This document shows positions 1 to 11,559 of a stretch of DNA of 64,000 nt, piece by piece. The notes under the pieces are model-generated. The model saw only the letters and a list, made by a program, of their open reading frames with translations. It ran no database searches and had not been told where the DNA came from. Within the stretch, counting starts at the first letter, position 1, and each line of letters opens with the position of its first letter. Source of the DNA: Phaeosaccion multiseriatum (lineage: Eukaryota > Protista > Ochrophyta, other classes); the NCBI GenBank assembly GCA_965112735.1, contig OZ218964.1, positions 558,001 to 622,000 on the forward strand, read 5' to 3'. The translations under genes were made by a program, and so were the position numbers.

Positions 1-882
1 ACAGGGACCAGGGTACCCACACACACACAGGATGTGGCTTCGCGGGAGAGCAGCCGTCTGACTGGGAGGAACTGAAATTGGAGTGTTTGAACCTTCCCTC
101 CTCTGCCTCCCCTCAACCCCGACGCCCGACTTGCCTTGTCGCACATGCGGTTTCCCGAGCATACAGCGCACACGCACGCCCCGCAGCGCCTGCAGTGGTG
201 CCGCCTCCGCACGAAATTGAAACCCTTACTACACACCATGCAGCAGGGCGCTGAGCGGTCAGGCACCCACAGGTGGTTGTTCTTAACCTGGAGGGAGGGC
301 AGGAGGGCGAGGAAGGGGTGGAGCTACGGTCAGAGCGGGAGAAAGAGCGTTGTAGGGCAGTCGCTCGGTCTGTCGCGAGTGGTGAGGCAGCAAGGGCAAG
401 AGCCCCTTCTCTCTCTCTCTCTCACCAGTTGGATGTGCCACGTGCTGTGGATGGGGTCTTGGCTGTGGCTGGCGGCGAGAGCAAGAGGCGCGCCGTTTGC
501 TGCTATCACAGAGACAAGAGCACCGCCGTTGCGCAGGGCAGGGCACGCACGCACACACATACAGCGACACTTACGTAAGAGGGAGGGCATAAGACCAGCA
601 TGAGCAGACGCTGTGACAACCCGCGACCTCGAGCCTGCCTGCAGAGCGCCAGATCACCGGCCTGCGTACTCCTGCCGGCTTCGGCGTGTCCGTTCCTTAC
701 CGTCCGCTCCTTGCCCCTGCCCGGGAGGCCCGCCAGCCACCACCATCTTGGCGGAGGGAACGCTGACACCAGGCACTGCGTCGGACAAGTCGTCTTGTAG
801 AGTCACCTGCCCGTACCAGAGAGAGGGGGGGGGGGTGGGGCGGGGAGAGAGGGGCGCGGGGAGAGAGAAGAGACGGAGAGAA

Positions 883-915
<33 letters not shown>

Positions 916-931
916 GAGGGAGGGAGGGAGG

Positions 932-990
<59 letters not shown>

Positions 991-2152
991 AGGGAGGGAG
1001 GGAGAGACTAGGCTTCAGTCAGGGGAAGACAGGACGTACTGCGTGAGGGCAGAAGGAGCCAAGCAGATAGGCAGGCTCCTAAGTGCGCCATGCCCTTCTC
1101 CCTCCCGTACCTTCTCGGGCTGGCGGCACTTGTGAGTGGCGCTGCAGACCATGTACTGGCAGTGTTGGTGCACGCTCAGGCCGCAGGTGCCGCAGCGCAG
1201 GCCCTGCATAATCACCCCCACGATGAACTTGGAGCACGCGTCGCAGAAGGTGGGCTTTAGGAAGGTTGTGAGGTAGAAGCTGTGCACGCTGCCAAGCGTC
1301 CGCTTAGCGCCGCCGCCGGACGGGGGGTGACCCTGCAAGGGGGGCGGCGAGGAGATTCGGGACCCTACCCCTGCTGCTCCGTAGCCCACAAAGTCTTGAC
1401 TTCCCCCCTCTCCTCCTCCTCCTCCTCCTCCTCCTCCTCCTCCTCCGTAGCCGTTGAAGGCTCTCTGCCCCTGGCCGCCTTCTGCTTCGTCTTCTGCTCC
1501 CACGCCTCCCCACTCGACCTGGTCAGTGGAGGCGTATCCATACCCCAGGGGAGAGGGAGGCCCCTCACGAAAATGCTGCGAGGGTGTCCAAACGCGGCGA
1601 CACAAGAGAAAAGAGAATGTGATAAATAGGGAGGGACAGGTCCAGATGGGGAGTGGCATATGGAAGACGATGCAGAGAGTATGCGAATATACCAAGGGGC
1701 GGATGCGGACACTGGCGTACCTTCCCTTGTTCTTGGCCACAAGGTGGCGCAAGTCCCCCCCCTCCGTAAGGCCCTGCGCGGCTTTCAGCCCCTATTAGAG
1801 AATTCATCTCGTCGAGCACATCATTGCTGGAGCAAGAAGGGGGACAAGAGGGGGGGGGAGCCAGGGTCAAACTACTTTGTACAACGCCCCCCAACGCACA
1901 ATCTCATTTGTTCTCCTGGCGGCCTTACCTTGTGAACAGTGCGCTATTCCCGTTGGCTATGACCGTGTGGGGGCTCGGGACGTTCGTGTCGCTGCCCGCA
2001 ACGAGACCAATTGCCGCTGAAGCTCCTCCTGATTGCGGAGGCGTTCTTTCCTCGTCCTCCGCTCCCCCTTGCATCATCGACAACGTAAGAGGGTCATCAG
2101 CAGCTGGCATCAGCTTGCCTTTGGAGGCCCCTCCAGCTACTGCGGCTGCCAT
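1..2152 (-). CDS. C1 (DAG/phorbol-ester-binding) + FYVE zinc-finger protein, multi-exon, 3' end beyond window
   Basis: ATG at 2152 (MAAAVAGG...). Exon ~1110-1300 encodes the C1 motif HSFYLTTFLKPTFCDACSKFIVGVIMQGLRCGTCGLSVHQHC. Exon 135-287 encodes the FYVE motif WVPDRSAPCCMVCSKGFNFVRRRHHCRRCGACVCAVCS. GT/GC-AG junctions keep the frame. Confidence 0.85.
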
Positions 2153-2278
2153 GATGGGAGTAGCCAAGGAGATTATAAAAGAGAGAGAGGGAGAGGGAGA
2201 GAGAGAGAGAGAGAGTGGGGGGAATGTTTTCAGTTTCAGTTTTGTGGGCAAACACCATAATGGAATCGACATCGAAAT

Positions 2279-2485
2279 TCGACCCCTGACACACTATCCG
2301 CTATCCGCTATCGCCGGCGCCAGCCGGCGCGCTATCCGCTATCGGCCGGCGTCAGCCGGCACGCTATCCGCTATCGGCCGGCGCCAGCCGGCGCGCTATC
2401 CGCTATCGGCCGGCGCCAGCCGGCACGCTATCCGCTATCGATAGCGCGCTATCGAGAATGTGGGCGATAGTGTGTCAGGGGTCGA
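2279..2485. mobile_element. MITE-like non-autonomous DNA transposon
   Basis: Perfect 20-bp TIR TCGACCCCTGACACACTATC (2279-2298) / GATAGTGTGTCAGGGGTCGA (2466-2485). CGAAAT directly repeated on both flanks (2273-2278, 2486-2491). Body is about four 32-bp units CGCTATCCGCTATCGGCCGGCGCCAGCCGGCG. Confidence 0.85.
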
Positions 2486-2586
2486 CGAAATGAGAAAAAA
2501 GGTACTTTCTAGAGCTTCGTTCATTATCATGAGCGTATAACACGGATGCCCACAGGAGCCGGCCGTGGGCCATGGAGAAGAGATTG

Positions 2587-5500
2587 TCACCACTTGGGGC
2601 TGCCCACCGTCTCAAAGAACAGCGACGCCTCCTCCTCCTCCTCCTCCTCCTCCTCCTCCTCCTCCTCCCCCGCAGGATGCAGAGCGGCCCTCAGGGATCG
2701 CTTCTTCTCCTTCTTGGCCAGCACCTCGGCCTTCCTCCTCTCGGCCTTGTCCGCCTTACGCTGCCTCTCCTGCTCCTCACTCAGCAACACCTGGACGTCC
2801 TCCACCCCCTCCGGCAGCCCCCAAGGCTCGTAGTCGTCATCAAGGAAGAGGTCCTTCATCACCTCGTTGTCCTCCTCCAACCGCCGCTCCGCCACCTGGC
2901 TCAGCTCCCTGGTCCGCTTAGCGCTCATTGTGACTCCCTTGACCTCTATGTCTTCATAGTCAACAAACTTGGCGTTGAGCCAGTAGAAGCCCAGCCCGCA
3001 GATACGCCTGTACCGACTTGGGTAGTACTGTTGGGTGGTTCGTTGTGGAGGAGGGGGTTAGACAGGGGATACGTGATGAGTGAAGTGACAAGAAAGGTGG
3101 GCAATGAGGCTCGCAAAAGGGCCCCAGCCACAGCCAACGCACAGTGTTTCACCGCATCTTGAGCCTTCCCTCCTTCAGTCCGTCCCTCACTCTTTCTCCT
3201 CCGTCTCATCCCCTTCTCCTCCTCTTTCTCACCCTTTGCAGCGTCTTCCTCTGCCCCCGCACGATGTTGCAGATGAAGCCCAGCGGCAGGCCCCTGAGCG
3301 GCAGCGGCCAGGGGTCCTGGTCAGGAATGATCCAGTGATTCTCCACCATCAAGTCGCCCATGATCTTGCGGTACGAGAACAGAGCCACGTACGTAGACAG
3401 GAATCGGAAGCGAAGGTACTTCTCCTGAGGGGAGGGGCGGCGAAAGAGGGCATGGCACGAACGTACGAGCGTGAGCAGACCTGCCCCATCTGGGATACCT
3501 AACCAACCCTCAATGGGGGTTCCCTCGCCCACCACTCTCCCACCTCCCCACTCCATCCCTCTCTGCTGGCCTGTCATCTGCTGGCCTGGCACTCACCGGG
3601 TCGTCCCACACGAAGCCGATCTTGTCCAGCGCCCTCTTCCTCGCCGGGTTGTCTCTGGCGTCGATGTCGCCCCTCCTGATGCGCCACACGATAAGACCGA
3701 GCTTGAGGTTGGCGAGCTCTCTCGGCCAGTCGTAGTCGTGCGGCACCTCGAAGTCCGAGGGAATGTCCTCCTCCTTGCCGTGCATCTGCTCCAGCGGCAG
3801 GCAACAAGAAGCAGGCAAGACGCAACACGGACATACATCGACATTGGGCAAAAGTGAGTGTGCGGGAAGGATGGGAATGATGGTTAAAGAGGGGCGGGTA
3901 GGTATCTGCGACGCATGCCTGCGGTCGCCCTGTCCTTGGCCCCTTTGCCCTCCCTCCTCCTCTTCCTTGCGCACCTTGTAGTACGTGTCGATGGCTTCTG
4001 TGACCTGATCGAATGTCCAGGGCCCATTGAACTCCTGCCAGTCGAAGCCGTACTTCATCGTCATCTCGATGTTCTCCTGTTGAGGAGTGGGGGGGGAGAA
4101 GCAGCCGTGTTTGTTACCATCGATAAGGGAGGAGAGGATACACACCCGGCCCATCTTGACAGACTGGCGTATCGTACCTTGCTCTGCTCTGTCATGGTCT
4201 TCTCGTCCAATCCCACGGGCACGTACTCCACCCCATCGCCATCCCCAGAACCCAGGAGGTAGGCCGCCTTGTCCCCGATTATGAGCTCCTGGAGAGTTGG
4301 TGAGTCCACTCCGTCCTCCGACGGCACGATGCCGAGCAAGCTGCCCAGAGAGTCGTCCACTTCGTCGCTCGCCATAGGCAGGGCCGCGGGGGGTGCTCGC
4401 ACTTTGGGGATACGAATCGTCGTAATCTGTGGGCAGGAGGCCAAGGGCGAGAGGGTGCGGTGTGCGATGTGGTGTGGTTAGGGCGGCTGCTGCTGCTTGT
4501 TGCTCTCCAGCGGCAAGTAAGGACCGGCTATTCATGGTACAGGTCAGCAGGAAAGGAATTTCGCAGTCTCCGCCTCCGTCTGTCTGTGTCTCTGTGTCTG
4601 TGGGACCTGCAGCCTAGCCTACCCCCGCCCACTCCCTCCCTCCCTCCCCCACTGACTTACGCTGTTGACCAACTCCAAGTCGGGATTGTCCCCCGCCAAG
4701 TAGCGCAGCGTGCTCCTCGCCGCCACCATGCCGCCCACCTCGGGCCATTTGTGAATGGGATGCGGCTCGAAGGGCACCCAAGGCCGGATGCCCAACTCGA
4801 ACTCGCGCTGCAGGATGGCCACTGGGTCCGTCAGCTCCTCCGGGATGCGTGCATAGGTAGGGATGGGCTTGCTCAAGTCGCCCCTCAGTGCCGCTGACCC
4901 CGCAGCAGCGATGGTCTTGTAGGGCGTACCCGGTAGAGCACGCAGGAGGGACTCTTTGGAGAACAAGGGGCTCGGTCCGTCGTCGTCTAACCCGCCATCA
5001 AAGTCGTCGTCATCTCCAATGAAGTCGTCGAGGTCCCCAAGGAGCGCCTGCTGCGCCGCTGTTGCCGCTGCTTGAGCCGCCGAGGAGTAGGACGCAGAGG
5101 CCGCCCCTGGCAGCACCGCTTGGCCTGGGCGGGCAGCCGCACTCCCGAGGGGCAGCGAGTCGTCTGAGGCCATGACCGTGTGTGGCGCGAGCAGGCCCCC
5201 CTCCTCTCCCTCTCCATCCTCGGGGATAGACGACAGGAGCGCGTCGAGAAGCTCCATGCCTCCGTCATCGTCGTCCTCATTGCCGCTGTCCACGCCTGTC
5301 GTTGAGGCGGCGGGAAAGGGGAGCGTGAGTGTGTGAGTATGTGAGGGGCAGCTCGCACGACGGCAGCCAGGCATATGGGCAGGCAGGCACATGGAGACAG
5401 GCAATCGGTCCCTCTCTTGTACCTTCGAGCAGGTCTGGCGAGCTTTCCGCCGACTCCAACCTAGACTTGGCCTGCTGGGCAGCCTCGGCCGCTGCATATT

Positions 5501-7159
5501 CGATCAAGAGGGTGGGGTGGGAGTGAGCAGGAGCGCCTCCACAGGCCGATCGATCGAGCACACCCGCTAGCAAAGACAACACAAAAGCTTCTCACGTCTT
5601 GCAGGCCTGTCAGGCACGACGAGGAACGAGCAAACAAGCACAACCAAGGAAACACTCATACACACGCACGCACACGCACACGCACTCACATACGCACTCA
5701 CCCCTTGCGTCAGCGTCCTCGTCCCACAAAAAGCCGAGCTGCGTGAGCATGTCCTTGCGTCCCTTGTGGTTCTTGACGTAAGTGCCCTGCACCCGAATTG
5801 TGTGCACACGGTGCCCAAGCTTCTCTCCCACGAAATCAGCCGGCCATCGGGGATCCCCCTCGGGCACTACATAACCGTGGGGCACATCGATGTGGCCGTA
5901 GATGCCTCTATAGATCTGCAGCCCGTCGTACAGGCGTCGGTAGCGCGCATCTGCGGTCTTGGCGCCCAGCCTGCGCGGGGTGAGAGGGGGCGAGCGGGGC
6001 GTGTATCGGAAGAGAGAGAAAGCAAAGGGTTGTGTTTTGAGACTTGACGCTCCTCCGTGCCTCCCGTCCTGTTCAGTGCAGGCAGTCACGTCCAGCCTGT
6101 CCTACTCCCCGTAACGTAAGGAACCCTGGACAGGCCCCTGGACAGGCAGGTTGGCAGCCAGGCAGGTACGCAGGCAGGTAGGCAGGCACGTAGGCGGGGA
6201 GACAGGCAGCCAGGCAGACAGGTGCTCTCGATCGGCTCACTCCCTCACCTGTAGTCGTAGCCAATGGCGAGCAGCTCCTTCTGCCTCTCGGGGTGGTCGG
6301 CCACTTCGAACGTGCCCTTGGTGGCCATCGTCTGGCAGCGCGCGCCCAGCGGGAGGCCCCTCAGTCGAGCGGGCCAGGGGTCCGAGTCGGGCACTATGTA
6401 AGGGGGCGTGATGGAGTAGAACGACCCGTACAGCTGCTTGTACTCCTGCTCTCGTCAAGAGAGGGTGGGGAGGGGGGGGGGGTGTTGAGGAGCTGGAGGA
6501 GGACATTCGGGTTGCAGTCCTTCGATCAAATCGCAGGAGTGTAATCAATCATACTTGACAAATCAAGTTGGGTTGGGAGTGGGAGCGCGTGCAATGCGTA
6601 CAGTAGGTAAGAAGCCCTCTCCTCTCTCCTCCTTCCCCACCTTGAGCGCTGCCAGCGTGAGCTCGAAGGCCTGCGGGGAGCCCCCCCCGTACATGCTGTT
6701 GCCTGTCGTACGCAGCCTCCACACGAAGCCTAGGGCAAGGGGGCGACAGTGGGTGGGGGGGGGCAGGGAAGGGGCAAGGAAGTCGGAGGGGAGGTCATGT
6801 CAGCAACGACTGGATTGAGTTTCGCGCCCACGTAACTCCTGCAGGGGCTGCTTGTGGCTGGGCTGTCCTCCCTCTTCTGCACCGTTCCACCCGCCACAGC
6901 CCTGTCTGCACTCCTCTGTCATCTCTGCTGTCCCGGCGGTCCTCGAGCCCCAGCAGCCCGTACAGGTCCTTTGCTACCCCTCACAGCCCCTTTGTTGTCC
7001 CTCCCTCCCCCTTGCTGTACCCCTCACAGGTCCTTCGATGACCCTCTCTTTTGTTACCTAGCGAGTCCAACACCTCCCTCCTAGAGGGATCTCTGTCCAC
7101 GAACTTTCCCGAGCTCCGGACGCTTGCCACGCGCACTCCGAGCTTCAGCCTGAGATGCA

Positions 7160-7194
<35 letters not shown>

Positions 7195-8087
7195 AGAGGA
7201 AAGGACCGAACAACGCCCTGAGCAGGTAGCTCAGCCCTCCTCTCGCGGGAAGGCATGCTCCTGTTCTCTCTCAGAGCGGTAGACACGCCCCCTGCCGAGA
7301 GCACCTCTCCACCCACCCTCTCTCTCTCCCTCTCCACACATCCCCCCTTCCATCACATAGAGACTGCCATCCCCACGCCAGGGCTGGCGACTAGAGGCGA
7401 GCCGCACTGGTACCAATTACGAGACAGCGAACCCACACAAGCCACAAGGTCGCAGCTGCAAACTCCCTCACCCACTCACTCACTCACTCACTCACTCACC
7501 CGTGCGTCTCCTCTGGCCAAGGCTCCTCCGCCGGCACAACGTACTTGCTCGGCACCCGTAGGCTGCCATCGTTGAGCTCCTTGTACAGCTTGAGCGCCGC
7601 CAGGAAGGCCTCCCACTTCTTCTGGTCCTGCTGCTCCTGCCTGGTCATCACCTTCTTCGGCGGCACCACCACCTCCTCCTCCCCCCCCTCCTCCTTGCCC
7701 ATGTGGTCGTCCTCGGCGGGCTCATTGTCGTCATCTCCCCGCAACATATCCTCCATAAAGAGGAGGTCTTCCTCATCGTCCATCCCCCCCCCTCCTTGAG
7801 GAAAATCGACGTCATCGAAGCCCATGCCCGCCCCCCAGTCCTCGTCAAACCCCGAGGAGGACAGAGGAGCACCGTTCGCGATGAACTCTCCCGGCTTGTC
7901 GTCCTCCTCCCCCCCCGCTCGATCGTCGAGCACCCCTTGTGGCCCCCCTACTGAGGAGGACGGAGGCGGCTGATACGGTTGGCGGCTGGCGGGCAGGGAG
8001 GTGTCTGACTCGTGATAGCCTGGATGGTGGGGCTGGCCGTCGCCTCCTCCACCCGCCGAGGCGCGGAGAGACAGGGGTTTGCCCAAA

Positions 8088-8135
<48 letters not shown>

Positions 8136-9038
8136 AGCCTTCGTCTACGTGAGGCAAACACCACCCCACCTGTTGGTCTCGCTCCTCCAAACAGGGCATT
8201 TGTCGCCAGTCCGGAACGTGGCGGCGTCTGCTGTCCGGCCGGGGCCGTGTACAACCCTAATGGCGCACCTGCTGCTCGCGCTGCCCTTGCTCCTGCGGCT
8301 CGTCCCCCCCGTAACATCGGGGGTGCTATGAATCCTAGCGTTCTATCACTGCGGCTGCTGCAGCGTCTAGTGCTGCTACAGCGGCTGCTATCACTTTGGC
8401 TGCCGACGCTGCTGCTCCGAATCCTATGATTCGTCTGCACTCCCCACGCATCACGTCGCTACAAAACGGAGAACAAAACGCAAGGAGAGCGACGGGTGCG
8501 AGTCGACATGAGCCCAGAGCACAGACATACAGCCATAAATCAGCATCACTGTATCTGCATTTGCCAAAGCGCAAGGGAGAGAAAGGCGTGATGAAGCGCA
8601 GAGAAAAGGCAGAGCACCCACGAAGAGAAGAGATTTACACGTGGGGACAACAAGGACAGGAGGGAGGACCAAAAAAGCCTGCCCTCCCAACCGCCCGCCC
8701 ATGAGCAAGCCACACACAACACGTACCTGCTGTTGATAGTGCATATGATGCTGCTGCGGCGAGGGCTGGCTGGCAGCCGCCCCTCCTAGTAAGACAATCA
8801 GCGCAAGAGGCCGTGGTCTGCGGGCGGTGCGGCCTCTACTGCTGCTGCTTCCCGCTTCGCTTGGCAGTCTGTGGTTACTGCGCCTGCCATGTGCTGCTGC
8901 TGCTGCTGCTGCACCTGGAGGTAGTGATGCTCCCCCGTTGCATCTATGCAAATTCCGAGGGAGTTTCCCTCCCCAATCATCTCTCGGCTGGTGGGCCCGC
9001 GCCTGCTGTGGCTGCGGCTGCTGCTGCTGCCTTCCCAT
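2587..9038 (-). CDS. Tandem helicase-associated (HA)-domain protein, five HA repeats, no helicase domain, ~12 exons
   Basis: Repeats of the type AL.LYK...G.L.VP..YVVP...PWP....G..LG..V..IR.......R...L..LGF.W, e.g. ALKLYKELNDGSLRVPSKYVVPAEEPWPEETHG-LKLGVRVASVR and LQIYRGIYGHIDVPHGYVVPEGDPRWPADFVGEKLGHRVHTIR...LTQLGFLW. Last exon 2587-3027 ends in TGA. The start codon is uncertain. Confidence 0.8.
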
Positions 9039-9618
9039 CCTCCCCTCCCCACGCTCGCTGCGTGTGGCCAGCAATCAAACGTGCTTGCTGCCTCTGTCTC
9101 CGTGCTCCCTCTCGGTGCGCGGCAAGGCTGAGCCCCCCTCCTCCACCCTGGAGGTATCGCCACCCCTCCAAGCGACCAGAAGGGTGTCTGAGGGGAGTGG
9201 GAAATGCCCAACCACTCCTCCTCCCTTAATGACCTCCCGTGGGAGAACGCCGAGCAGACATCCAACTAAAGCCAGCAGGCTGCCTACCCCGATAGAAACG
9301 AAGCTCCTCCTTCCAGTCCACGGGTGCGTGCCCACAAACGTATCCCCTGCTGGCCTGAATGCAGTCCTCAGCGCCTCTGCTTTCTCCTCAGAGGAGCATT
9401 CCCTCACCAAGCTCCCCCTTGGGGAGCTCGGCCGAACGACCTTAAATTTCAGCCTTTTCCCCCTCTCGGCACCCCTCTCTCCCTATCCTCTCTCTCCCCC
9501 TCTCCTCCCCTCTCCCTCTCCCTCTCCCTCTCCCTCTCCTCTCTCGCTCTCACTCTACCCTCTCCCTCACTCTCTCTCTCTCTCGCTCGCCGGCTTGGCA
9601 ATTACCTACCTACTCGAC

Positions 9619-10355
9619 ATGGCCCTCCTCCTCCTTGCGTTGCAGCTACTTGCTGGTCTGACTCTCTCGGAAGGGGATATGGACATCAAGTGGACTCCTG
9701 GGGATGATGGCCCCGCACCCTTGCCCTACTCACGCAAGCAGCACGAGGCGATGGGCATAAAGGAGGAGGACCTTCCGAGCTGGTACAAGACCGACGCTGA
9801 GGCGGCAGGCATGTCGGAGGAGGAGTATTACGGGGCCATGTCTCCGGCGAGTATGGTCGGGAAGCTCTCACCGGATGCGCAGCGCCTGCTGCTGATCCTG
9901 TGCGTGGCGTTGGGCCTGCTGTGCGTGTGTGTCTTCGGCAACGGAGGGCTATCCACTTTCTTCTCCTCCAAACCGGGCTTGTCCTCGGAGGAGAGGGCCG
10001 ACGAGAGGCAGCAGGAGGAGGCCAGGGAAGCCCGCATGGTGGGTACATGCAGTACGTGGAGCACATCCTGCTAGTACGGCGCCTCACCCTTGCCCTTCTC
10101 CCCCGCTGTCTCCCCGCCCCCAACACACGACATTCTCGCCTCTTTTCTGGCTGGAGTAGAGGCGTTTCCAGGCCATCAGCAACGGCCTCCCGGAGAAGCC
10201 CACGTACCAGGAGATGATGGACGCTGCCATGGGGAAGGTCCCGGCAGGTAGGCAGGGAGTGTTGTGTGTGCTCACCTTGCGCGAGTCTCCTTACGCGCCT
10301 CCCCTTGCCCCCCCTCCTCCCCACAGACAACGACGACAAGGACAAGGATCAGTGA
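9619..10355 (+). CDS. Small secretory-pathway membrane protein (signal peptide + one TM helix), 3 exons, function unknown
   Basis: MALLLLALQLLAGLTLS signal-like N-terminus and TM segment LLLILCVALGLLCVCVFG. Exons join in frame via GT-AG introns (...EARM|RRFQAI...KVPA|DNDDKDKDQ*), with TGA at 10353-10355. Confidence 0.6.
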
Positions 10356-11559
10356 AGTAGTTCAGCGGGGGGAAGCGAAACTGAACGGAGTTGTATTATG
10401 GGTCCAGGCGCTGGGCGTCTCTCCATAGGCCTTTGATGAAGGGAGGGTTGCCCTGGCTGTAGCAGTGGACCCCCCTCCACCGAAGCGAGCGCGGAGAGGG
10501 TCGCGGCCTTGCTGGGCGATGGCCGGTCGTTGGTGAAGTGAGTCTCTTAGGAGCTTTCTTCTTATACTTGGGGCCGACTTTGGCTGTGGAGCGTGCCCCT
10601 CTCGGTGCAGCTCCTTCCTGCGCGGGCAGGGGCTTGCAGCCAGCAGAAGAGACCCTTCAAGGCGCAGAGTCGCCGGCAGAGGAGCACAGGAGCGCTGACC
10701 GCGATCTGGCTGATGATGAGTAGGGAGGTATGTGTTCTCGCGCGAGTCTGCCCAAGTACGCGTACGCACGGTACGCCTGTCTGTCTTCTTTTATCCTCGG
10801 CTCTTGGTTGGATTGCCTGGGCCCTCTTCGAAGCACAGCATGACGGCGCTACTGCAGAACAGACGCCAGCTCTCTTGAGGAGCGACTCAGGCGGCTCCGT
10901 GCACCCTAAGGGTTGTTCCATAGCGCGAGTGATAGGGGCACAAGGGGTCACTGGACAGGGCCACAGTGCCACAGGGCCATAGACCCCCAAGGCGACAGGG
11001 CCCCAGGGCCAGGCCACGCCAGGCCACCAAGGGCGCCAACGACCAAAATAGCAGCGCTCGTGCCCTGTGGGGCTGTGGAACCTCGCTGAGGCGACGGGTC
11101 GTGGTCCAAAGGATGTATCGTAAGGTTACGTAAGGTTAAGACAAGATGGCGAGGTGGGGCAGGCAAGTTCGCTGCCGCCGCGCATCGCCAACAAGGGGAG
11201 GGCCCAGGCTCCGGAGGGCGGGTGGGGCAATGCACATGAGCAATGAGACGCCGCTAAAGACTGGCCTTGAGACTCCAAGTCTTGAGGCTGGAGGCCTTCT
11301 GAGCTCTTGGGCCGTGCTCGTAGCTTCCTGTCCAACGTCTTCCTGCGGGCTCACTGTTTGGCATGAAAGCTCTACGGGTAGAGACCAAGCGCCCAGGGGA
11401 CCATCACCCTCTCCGGAAAGAAGGGATCAAGACCCGAGGGGTTCAAGGTTCAAGGACCTACTCACTGCTTGCGCACTTGCGAAAAGTCAAACAAATGTCT
11501 ACTTGTTGTTCCTCATCGCCTTCGAGGCCAGCCTACGGAGGCCTCCGGTAGGCAGCAGG

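Noticed and set aside
2294-2445. CRISPR-like array
   Set aside because: The 32-bp units are directly adjacent with no unique spacers, lie inside TIRs, and there are no cas genes in this eukaryotic context.
10353-10355. TGA as selenocysteine in the small membrane protein
   Set aside because: No redox motif context and no recognisable SECIS element.
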